From the IMG/VR virus record IMGVR_UViG_3300022173_000136, positions 1-50,704 of that record: 50,704 nucleotides of DNA. The stretch is one strand, 5' to 3'. Origin of the DNA: a virus. Its lineage: Duplodnaviria > Caudoviricetes. The translations under genes and the position numbers were made by a program. The notes under the pieces are model-generated. The model was not told where the DNA came from. It did not search any database and worked only from the letters and a program-made list of their open reading frames with translations. Numbering within the stretch: the stretch's first letter is position 1; each line of letters opens with the position of its first letter. Shown here in pieces: positions 1 through 6,773 of the stretch.

Positions 1-3
1 AAG

Positions 4-129
4 ACAGCCCGCATAGCCCACGATGAACGCATGGTCAACCCGGCGAACTGCCGAACCTGTGGCTGCAATCTCTGGCAGCACAAGTGCGAAGAGAAGGACG
101 GAAAGTATACATGGACATGCAAATGCGGG
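4..129. repeat. Terminal direct repeat, left copy (126 bp); circular assembly overlap or genome terminal redundancy
   Basis: 4-129 is identical to 50577-50702 (offset 50573); the flanking bases differ. Confidence 0.95.
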
Positions 130-174
130 AAGTGTCAGAAGTTCGTGCCGAGCGGCCCGATGCCGAAGATGTGA
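31..174 (+). CDS. 47-aa Cys-rich putative zinc-finger microprotein (absent from ORF track)
   Basis: MVNPANCRTCGCNLWQHKCEEKDGKYTWTCKCGKCQKFVPSGPMPKM; ATG lies 6 nt after a -10-like CACGAT; the stop overlaps the next GTG start (ATGTGA). Confidence 0.6.
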   Translation: MVNPANCRTCGCNLWQHKCEEKDGKYTWTCKCGKCQKFVPSGPMPKM

Positions 175-395
175 ACGGCCGTCCGCCTTCTTGTGAGCCG
201 TCCGCCTTCTTGCCGGCGGAATCGTCGTCCGCCTTCTTCGTGGCGGCCGGCGGCCCGCGCGACATCATGGCCGACCTCCGGGCGATGCTGGCCGAGCACG
301 CGCGCCACGCCGAGCGCCGCCGCGACCCTCGGGAGCCCGCGCGCGCCGTGGTCGATGAGATCACCGCGCGGTTTCGCGCCGGATGGCGAGACTAA
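171..395 (+). CDS. Hypothetical protein
   Basis: GTG start coupled to the upstream stop; 3' part of ORF 84..395. Confidence 0.4.
   Translation: MNGRPPSCEPSAFLPAESSSAFFVAAGGPRDIMADLRAMLAEHARHAERRRDPREPARAVVDEITARFRAGWRD
178..239 (+). repeat. Three direct repeats with core CGTCCGCCTTCTT (iteron-like); two more copies at 50049 and 50356
   Basis: GCCGTCCGCCTTCTTG at 178-193 and 197-212; GTCGTCCGCCTTCTTC at 224-239. Confidence 0.8.
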
Positions 396-415
396 GGTGA
401 ATCCCTATTGAAATC

Positions 416-489
416 GGTACTTTGGTACTCTTGCACCGTGCGAGCGCGCCGCTTATTCTGGCCTTGGTCCTGAGGAGGGCTTACAACAA
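416..489 (+). promoter_or_regulatory. Sigma70-type early promoter with upstream GTAC-N4-GTAC site and RBS
   Basis: GTAC 417-420 and 425-428; TTGCAC 431-436, 17 nt, TATTCT 454-459; GAGGAGG 472-478; ATG 490. Confidence 0.75.
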
Positions 490-1329
490 ATGCTACGCAG
501 AAATGAACCACTGACCAACGACATGTTACGCGCCGCCGCGCCTTCTATCTTCGCGGTTGAGCCGTGGCAGAAGATGAGCGAGAAGTACGCGTTCATCCCC
601 ACCATTGATGTAGTCGAAGCGATGCGCGCCGAGGGTTTCCAACCCGTGATGGCGACGCAGGCACGGACGCGGATTCCTGGGAAGCAGGAGTTCACCAAGC
701 ACGTGATCCGGTTCCGCGACATGCGCGCCGGGAACACGCCGCAACTCACGCACCTGGGGCAAATCTTCCCCGAGCTGATCCTGACCAACTCGCACGACGG
801 AGCGAGCGCTTACAAGCTCGACGCTGGCCTCTTCCGGCTCGTATGCCTGAACGGGCTCACGGTCGCAGCGGGCAACGTGTCGCAGATCAACGTCACGCAC
901 CGAGGCGGGAACGACGCCGCCCACGCCGTCATCAATGCCAGCTTCCAAGTGGTCGAGGACTTCCCCGAGGTTATCGACAGCGTGGAGACGTTCGGAGCGT
1001 TGCAGCTCAGCGCGCCCGAGCAGAACGCATTTGCCGAGGCCGCTCTGATGTTGCGGTACGACACGCCCGAGGCCGCCGCCGTGCGCGCCGCCGACCTGCT
1101 CAGAGTGCGACGCAACGCCGACGCCGCGCCGACGCTCTGGAACACGTTCAACACCGTCCAAGAAAACATCATCGCGCCGCGCAAGGGCACGCGCGGAGTG
1201 TATGACCCGACGACCGCGCGCCGCAAGGTTGTACGCGGCGTGAACGGCATCAGCGAGGACGCCCGCATCAATAAGGCCCTGTGGCAGCTTACCGCACGCA
1301 TGGCCGAGATTCGCGGCACCACGAACTAG
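490..1329 (+). CDS. DUF932/DUF945-family protein (plasmid leading-region/phage early type)
   Basis: Motifs APSIFA..SEKYAFIPT..FTKHVIRFR..LILTNSHDG.SAY.L.AGLFRLVCLNGL..LWNTFN.VQEN..INKALW. Confidence 0.9.
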   Translation: MLRRNEPLTNDMLRAAAPSIFAVEPWQKMSEKYAFIPTIDVVEAMRAEGFQPVMATQARTRIPGKQEFTKHVIRFRDMRAGNTPQLTHLGQIFPELILTNSHDGASAYKLDAGLFRLVCLNGLTVAAGNVSQINVTHRGGNDAAHAVINASFQVVEDFPEVIDSVETFGALQLSAPEQNAFAEAALMLRYDTPEAAAVRAADLLRVRRNADAAPTLWNTFNTVQENIIAPRKGTRGVYDPTTARRKVVRGVNGISEDARINKALWQLTARMAEIRGTTN

Positions 1330-1334
1330 CCAGC

Positions 1335-1459
1335 GAGCGCGCGCGCCGGTTGCCATACCCACGCGCGCGCGTTCCTCGGGGAGTCGCGGCCCTTGCTGGA
1401 CTAGCGCGACAAAACACGACGCCCGCCCCGGACCTCCGCCGGAGCGGGCTAAGTGTTTT
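1335..1459. other. Three tandem stem-loops (terminator or structured RNA/ssDNA element)
   Basis: Arms 1335-1345/1364-1374, 1383-1388/1405-1410, 1411-1426/1444-1459. Confidence 0.55.
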
Positions 1460-1460
1460 T

Positions 1461-1545
1461 CTAAGGTGAATTGGTACTTTCGGCCCATTCCCCCATGCAA
1501 GACCGGCCCGCATAATAGAGCTGGCCCTGAGGAGGGCTTACTACT
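1461..1545 (+). promoter_or_regulatory. Second early promoter/RBS cassette, paralogous to 392-489
   Basis: CTAAGGTGAAT, GTAC-TTTC-GGCC 1474-1485, -10 CATAAT 1511-1516, and CCTGAGGAGGGCTTAC shared with the first cassette. Confidence 0.7.
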
Positions 1546-1932
1546 ATGGCTCAGATTGCAGAACCGAAGTTTGAACTCTACCGCGAAGCGTTGCACGCGG
1601 GCACGGCATGGGCGGAAGCTCTGAAGGTCGGCGACCTGTTCACGGGAGCCCGCCCCGCAGCAGAGGCCGCCTACCCGGAGAACAAGACCGCGCAGCGCTT
1701 GTTTATGAACGCAGCGCTTGACGTGCTCGGCGGGCTCCGCATCGTTACCAACATGAGCGGGCACCTGATCGAAGACCCGCACCCGCACCGCGTCGCGGAG
1801 AATGACGCGCGCCCCATGCAGCCCGCGCCGCAACCGTGCGACGCCGCCAACCCGCGCGACACGTTCGCCCAGGCGGGCACCTGTGACGAATGCGGGCACG
1901 CGCTCGCAGTCCACACGAAGGGAGGCCGCTAG
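1546..1932 (+). CDS. Hypothetical early protein with C-terminal C/H metal-binding motif
   Basis: Strong RBS; C..CDECGH....H at the C-terminus. Confidence 0.75.
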   Translation: MAQIAEPKFELYREALHAGTAWAEALKVGDLFTGARPAAEAAYPENKTAQRLFMNAALDVLGGLRIVTNMSGHLIEDPHPHRVAENDARPMQPAPQPCDAANPRDTFAQAGTCDECGHALAVHTKGGR

Positions 1933-1934
1933 AC

Positions 1935-2597
1935 ATGCAGGCCATCATCGTTAGCCACATTGGAGCAAACAGCAGCCGAGGCGGGCGTTACGTGGCGAAG
2001 GCCGCGAGCGCTCGCGGGCGGTTCTCAGTACAAGACAACGACCCGACCATCACGCGCAAGACCGTGGAGGCGTTAGCAGACGCCGCCGCGCTCGGCCTGT
2101 GTCGCAAGCTCGACTGGCTCGACTTGCCGCTAGTACGCGGAGGGCTCAACGGTCGCGGCGACTTCGTTTACGTGCTGCAAGCGCCCGAATGCACACTCTA
2201 CCCGTCGAAGAAGGCCGAACCCGACAGCGTGCTGATTGACCCTAAAGAGTTCACCGACTCGGAATGGTCGGACCTGTTTTACGCTTGCGAGCTGATACCG
2301 CGCGCAACGATAGCGCGACGCAGCGCCGACAATCGGCACGACGCGGACGCCTTCAACGCATCGCGCGCCGACGTGGTGGAAGCAATCAACAGTTGCAACG
2401 CGAAGGCCGACAGCGTGCGCGCCGGTGAGCTTGGCGACTCTGAAGAGGCCGAAGACCTCGACATCGAAGAATGGGCGGACCAGCTCGAACAGATCGCGAT
2501 TAGGCTCGCCGACCTGCTCGGCTCTTGCTCATGCAGTGGCCGCGCGTGGGAGGCCGTACACTACGCCGATTGCGACCTCGCAGGGGTGACGCGATGA
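1935..2597 (+). CDS. Hypothetical acidic early protein
   Basis: GGAGG RBS at 1921, ATG 1935; coupled ATGA to the next gene. Confidence 0.7.
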   Translation: MQAIIVSHIGANSSRGGRYVAKAASARGRFSVQDNDPTITRKTVEALADAAALGLCRKLDWLDLPLVRGGLNGRGDFVYVLQAPECTLYPSKKAEPDSVLIDPKEFTDSEWSDLFYACELIPRATIARRSADNRHDADAFNASRADVVEAINSCNAKADSVRAGELGDSEEAEDLDIEEWADQLEQIAIRLADLLGSCSCSGRAWEAVHYADCDLAGVTR

Positions 2598-2980
2598 GCC
2601 GCCGCAAGCCATTGACCGCCGAAGAGCGCGCGAGCGCGTTCGAGTTCCTCGCCGACGCCCTGCAATCGCATCAACTGGAGTTCGAAGCGGTAAGCGAAGC
2701 GTTCAGCGACTACACGCCCGAGGACATCGCCGAGCGCAAGCGCCGCGACCGGCTCGCGAAGCGCCTACTCTTGGAGCTGATGAAACCAGCCGCGCCCGTT
2801 GTTGTGGACATCGACACGACGCCCGACAGCATCATAGTACGCGCGCGCCGAGGCCGCCGCACGTTGTACCGCGCCGCTGATGACGTTTGCGGGGGGATGC
2901 TGACCGGCTCGGAGCTTTCCGACCTGCTCGACGCCGTCGGCGTGCCGAACGATTACACCTTCCGGGAGCCCGCACGATGA
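2594..2980 (+). CDS. Hypothetical early protein
   Basis: ATGA coupling at both ends. Confidence 0.7.
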   Translation: MSRRKPLTAEERASAFEFLADALQSHQLEFEAVSEAFSDYTPEDIAERKRRDRLAKRLLLELMKPAAPVVVDIDTTPDSIIVRARRGRRTLYRAADDVCGGMLTGSELSDLLDAVGVPNDYTFREPAR

Positions 2981-3138
2981 CACCACAACACGCGCCGATC
3001 ATCGCCGCATGGCTTCGCGACCTACGCAACGCAGTGGACGCAGCCCAGGCCCCGCCCGCCGCCAGCATCGCCGACCGGCTCACCGCCGAGGCAATCGAGG
3101 CCGCCATCGAACGCCGACGAAAGAAGGCCCAAGCATGA
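2977..3138 (+). CDS. Hypothetical small protein
   Basis: ATGA coupling at both ends (MTPQHAP...KAQA). Confidence 0.6.
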   Translation: MTPQHAPIIAAWLRDLRNAVDAAQAPPAASIADRLTAEAIEAAIERRRKKAQA

Positions 3139-3323
3139 GCGCCAACACATACCACGTCTGGAGAATCACCGCGCAAAGTATGGACTATCTCGGCAAGGTT
3201 GACGCCAGCAGCGAGAGCGCCGCCCTTGTGAATCTGGAAGATACTAGCTTCGCGGTTCACTACGCATGCGACGAGGCACAACACGCCGCCATGCTCAAAG
3301 AGAAAAGAGAGGCGACAGCATGA
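3135..3323 (+). CDS. Hypothetical small protein
   Basis: ATGA coupling (MSANTYHVW...EATA). Confidence 0.65.
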   Translation: MSANTYHVWRITAQSMDYLGKVDASSESAALVNLEDTSFAVHYACDEAQHAAMLKEKREATA

Positions 3324-3544
3324 GCCGCGCCCGCCGCCCGTTGAGTGAGACGCGCCACATAACCGCCGAGCTATTCCCCGACGCATTCGAGCGCGCCGGG
3401 GAGACGCTCGCCGGATACGACCGCGCCCAGGCGCAAGCCTTAACGCTGGAAATAACCCACGGCCGCCGGCATTGTGGCAGTGTTTCCGGCCCGTTGTTTG
3501 ACGATCAATTGAAACTGGAGGATAACCCCGATGTCCCGTTCTAA
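3320..3544 (+). CDS. Small protein ending in an SSB-like acidic tail (EDNPDVPF)
   Basis: ATGA coupling, GAGG RBS; C-terminal DVPF. Confidence 0.65.
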   Translation: MSRARRPLSETRHITAELFPDAFERAGETLAGYDRAQAQALTLEITHGRRHCGSVSGPLFDDQLKLEDNPDVPF

Positions 3545-3839
3545 GACGCTCACCGAGAGCAACCGCGAGGCCGTCGCCGCCGCGCTCGACATGGCCGCCG
3601 AGCTGTATCTGAGGTACGCCGAGGAATGCAGCCAGCAGGCAACCGACGCGATGCCCGCGACGCGCGCCACCTTCCGCCGCATGGCCGAGCAATTCCAGCG
3701 GCAGGCCGCCGACGCTCTGGAGCTGGCCGCCGACTACCGCAACGCCGACGCCGCGACCCTCGACGGACTGCCCGACGATACCCTCGACGCGCAGCTCGAA
3801 CGCCCACGGAACGAGGCCGCCAGCGGCCCGCCTCAGTAG
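3531..3839 (+). CDS. Hypothetical helical protein
   Basis: GGAGG RBS at 3517; last gene before a terminator. Confidence 0.7.
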   Translation: MSRSKTLTESNREAVAAALDMAAELYLRYAEECSQQATDAMPATRATFRRMAEQFQRQAADALELAADYRNADAATLDGLPDDTLDAQLERPRNEAASGPPQ

Positions 3840-3899
3840 CGCTTACGGCTCGCCAGCCGAACGCCCTCGCCTACTACACCACTACAGAGGCCACCACCT

Positions 3900-3942
3900 A
3901 CGCCGACACCGTCCCCGGATTGTGTCGGCGTTCTTTTTTTTT
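3900..3942 (+). terminator. Rho-independent terminator ending the early operon
   Basis: ACGCCGACAC...GTGTCGGCGT stem followed by a T9 tract. Confidence 0.85.
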
Positions 3943-3981
3943 AACAACTTGCGTGGACAATTTGAGCTTCCCCCGCTCATG

Positions 3982-3997
3982 TGTTCCACGTGGAACA
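3982..3997. promoter_or_regulatory. parS: parS centromere-like site (ParB-binding palindrome)
   Basis: TGTTCCACGTGGAACA, a perfect 16-bp palindrome (18 bp with flanks) matching the conserved bacterial chromosomal parS consensus; intergenic. Confidence 0.85.
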
Positions 3998-4018
3998 CTC
4001 CCCACCACCGCACCACCG

Positions 4019-4048
4019 CCGGGAGCCGCGCGAGCGGCCCGGTTTTTT
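4019..4048 (+). terminator. Second Rho-independent terminator
   Basis: CCGGGAGCCGC-GCGA-GCGGCCCGG followed by T6. Confidence 0.75.
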
Positions 4049-4085
4049 CCGCGAAATCAGCGCGCTATTTCTATTCCTAGAAATC

Positions 4086-4100
4086 TGGTAGCATTCCCAC
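4086..4100 (+). promoter_or_regulatory. Extended -10 leaderless promoter of the packaging operon
   Basis: TG-G-TAGCAT (4089-4094), 6 nt, ATG 4101. Confidence 0.6.
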
Positions 4101-4292
4101 ATGACGGCCCATTGCTCAAAGTGCGGACGCGCGCGCCACGGGACCGGGGAGCCTTTGCCCTCGGCGAAGGGTTTCGCGCTGTTCACGTGTGACATGTACG
4201 GACACCGGACGCTATTCAAAGAGCAGCGCAACAAACGCGGCAAAGTTACTTGGAAGGTCGCGCTCGCGCCGCGCTTCAAAGTGGCAGCATAG
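4101..4292 (+). CDS. Small Cys/His zinc-binding protein
   Basis: CSKC...CDMYGH; leaderless start. Confidence 0.6.
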   Translation: MTAHCSKCGRARHGTGEPLPSAKGFALFTCDMYGHRTLFKEQRNKRGKVTWKVALAPRFKVAA

Positions 4293-4301
4293 GCGGGAAG
4301 C

Positions 4302-4829
4302 ATGGCGACACTAGGACGCCCGCCGGGGTACCCGAAGACCGGCGGCAGGAAGAAAGGCACCATCAACAAGCCGCGCCCAGGCGTGGGCTACGTGCGCGAG
4401 CTGATGGAGTCTTTAGGCGTCAACACGTTTGAGAATCAAGTGAAGATCGCGCTTGGCAAGGTGCCCTGTACCCGATGCAAAGGGAAGGGAGACGCAACGC
4501 TCATAGTTGCCCGCAAGCCGCGCAAGACTGACCCGGAAGACGCGCCAGCAACCGAGCAGATAACGGTCACGTGTACGCACTGCCAAGGCTCGAAGCTGGA
4601 GCCCGTTTCCATCGGACTGAGTGCGAAGATTTACAGCGACCTGAACCAATACCAGCAGCCGCGCCTATCGCACGCGACCATTGACGGAGAGCTGAAAGCG
4701 CCCCCAGGCGAGACGCTCGCCGAGTTCCTTAGCAGGTCCGAAGCGTTGCGCGCCATGTATCCAGAAGCGAAGGCCGCCGCGCTCGCGCCGCGCGACACAA
4801 CGAAGCGACTACCGCAGAGTCAGCAATGA
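4302..4829 (+). CDS. terS: Terminase small subunit (GGRKKGTxNK type) with an inserted zinc finger
   Basis: N-terminal KTGGRKKGTINK; directly upstream of and coupled to TerL; CTRCKGKG and CTHCQG. Confidence 0.7.
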   Translation: MATLGRPPGYPKTGGRKKGTINKPRPGVGYVRELMESLGVNTFENQVKIALGKVPCTRCKGKGDATLIVARKPRKTDPEDAPATEQITVTCTHCQGSKLEPVSIGLSAKIYSDLNQYQQPRLSHATIDGELKAPPGETLAEFLSRSEALRAMYPEAKAAALAPRDTTKRLPQSQQ

Positions 4830-6553
4830 TACTGCCGTCTCAACTCCCAGGCCCGCAGGCCGCCGAGCTACAATTCGCGTTTGAAGATCATCCGACGTAC
4901 TGCCGAGAGTGTCTGAAGATCCGCGACCTTGGAGGCTCAAAGGTTCCGCTAGAGCTTGGAGCAGGACAGCGTAAGCTATCCGAAGAGATTGCACGACAGA
5001 AGGCCGCCAAGCGGCCCGTAAGGATCATCGTCCTAAAGACGCGCCGCTCTTGGTTCACAACGGGAGCATGCGCGGAGGCGTTTCGAGAGGTTCCACAGTG
5101 GCCCGGTAGACGAGGCGTTGTCATCGCCAACACGTACCGGCCCGCTGGCCTTGAGGCGTTCGACTACCTGAAGCAATTTCAGCAGAGCTACACGCCCTTA
5201 GAGAGACACGGCGCGCAGATCATCCTTCCGCAGCTCATCAAAGATACCGAGATGGAAATGAAGTGGGACAACGGTTCCACCATCGAAGTATTGAGCGCCG
5301 AGTCTGGAGAGCTTCGCGGAGGCGGGCGACAGGTCGCAGTGTTCGACGAGGTCGCATTCTGGCGTAACGCTGAGATGACGCTCACGGGCGCTATGAACAT
5401 GGTTCCGAAGGAGCCGGGGACTATGGTCCTTGTCCTCTCGACGGCGAACGGTGTCGGAGGCGAGTTCTATGACCTCTGGCAGCAGGCGAACGACCCGCAA
5501 TCAGACACGCTGTTTGTACCGTTGTTCTTCGGATGGCTGGAGCATGAAGCCTACCGCATGCCGGTTCCTGATCCGGCAGCCCTGCAAGCGACGCTAGATC
5601 CTGAAGAGCGCCGCCTTATGGAGATGCACAACGCCACGTTGGAGCAGCTCCAGTGGCGACGTGTGACGATTGCGACAGAGTGCCGGGGCAAGGTCGAGCT
5701 GTTTCACCAGGAATACCCGACGACAGCCGAGGAAGCCTTTATCAGCTCCGGCAGGCCCGCGCTAGACCTCGAAGCGTTGAGCCGTCACCCGATCATTGAG
5801 CCGATGAACGGCGACCTTAGACTCTTCGAGGAGCAGACGCGCCGCCGGTTGACTTGGGTACCGAACCCGCACGGAGCCTTAAGCGTGTGGCAGAAGCCGC
5901 AACAAGGCCGCCGCTATGTGATCGGCGCCGATCCGTCGCACGGTCGCGACGTGAGCGAGACGAAGCTCGGCAGGAATCCAGACTATGCGGTTGGATTCGT
6001 GGCGGACCAGGGGACCGGCGAGCAGGTCGCAATGCTTCGCGCGCGCCTGAGGCCGGGAGCCTTTGCCGAGTATCTCGCGTTGCTCGGCATCTACTACAAC
6101 TACGCCTACATGAACCCGGAAGCGAACGACACCGGATTCATTGACGCGCTCTTGAGGACGGGCTACCCGTTGGAGCTGTTCTATCAGAGGGAACGCGACC
6201 CGAGCGACCGCAACCCGGACCAGCCGGAGAAGCTCGGCTTCTATACGACGGCCCTCACGCGGGACTGGCTCATCAATGCAGCCGATGACGCTATCCGACA
6301 GATGACGATTACCATTCACTCGGCAGTAGTCAGAAGCGAATGTCAGACGTTCGTAGTGAAGCCGGACGGGAAGCGCGAGCACATGGACAACCACCACGAC
6401 GACACCGTCATAGCCTTAGGGCTTGCAGAGCTGGCGAGGCGACGCGCGCCGAGGCGACCGCCAACGCTCGGCGAGATCGGCGGTACTCGCGTCGTGATGT
6501 ATGGCGAGAAGGCACGCAAGGCCCGCAATGGCGACGACGAAGACGACGACTAA
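4826..6553 (+). CDS. terL: Terminase large subunit
   Basis: IIVLKTRR Walker-A region, VAVFDEVAFW Walker B, LSTANG motif III, QEYP, YVIGADPSHG and HDDTVIALGLA nuclease motifs. Confidence 0.95.
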   Translation: MILPSQLPGPQAAELQFAFEDHPTYCRECLKIRDLGGSKVPLELGAGQRKLSEEIARQKAAKRPVRIIVLKTRRSWFTTGACAEAFREVPQWPGRRGVVIANTYRPAGLEAFDYLKQFQQSYTPLERHGAQIILPQLIKDTEMEMKWDNGSTIEVLSAESGELRGGGRQVAVFDEVAFWRNAEMTLTGAMNMVPKEPGTMVLVLSTANGVGGEFYDLWQQANDPQSDTLFVPLFFGWLEHEAYRMPVPDPAALQATLDPEERRLMEMHNATLEQLQWRRVTIATECRGKVELFHQEYPTTAEEAFISSGRPALDLEALSRHPIIEPMNGDLRLFEEQTRRRLTWVPNPHGALSVWQKPQQGRRYVIGADPSHGRDVSETKLGRNPDYAVGFVADQGTGEQVAMLRARLRPGAFAEYLALLGIYYNYAYMNPEANDTGFIDALLRTGYPLELFYQRERDPSDRNPDQPEKLGFYTTALTRDWLINAADDAIRQMTITIHSAVVRSECQTFVVKPDGKREHMDNHHDDTVIALGLAELARRRAPRRPPTLGEIGGTRVVMYGEKARKARNGDDEDDD

Positions 6554-6758
6554 GGCCCGCCCGTGGGAGCTGATCGAGCATAAGCTCTTGGCCCAATGTT
6601 GGAACGTCGAGCAGATACAGCCCGACGGGAGTATCCGCGTCGTTGCGTTCATGGGAGCCGATGCCGAGCAGCTCGCGCGCGAGTATCTCGACTGGAAGAA
6701 CGGCAAAGGCCGCGCGAAGCTGTTCGCCATGTCCCCTGCTCGACTGTGTGAGGACTGA
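6528..6758 (+). CDS. Hypothetical protein
   Basis: Fills the gap between TerL and portal; typical codon usage. Confidence 0.55.
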   Translation: MATTKTTTKARPWELIEHKLLAQCWNVEQIQPDGSIRVVAFMGADAEQLAREYLDWKNGKGRAKLFAMSPARLCED

Positions 6759-6773
6759 GTTATCATTGCGGGC

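Noticed and set aside
4-129. Terminal repeat as a biological DTR or att site
   Set aside because: The 126-bp length is close to a common assembler k-mer (127) and the repeat cuts through a gene, so it is most simply a circular assembly overlap. Raw reads would be needed to decide.
178-239. Mini-CRISPR array
   Set aside because: The repeats are only 13-16 bp with 3-11 nt gaps; there are no spacer-sized intervals and no cas genes.
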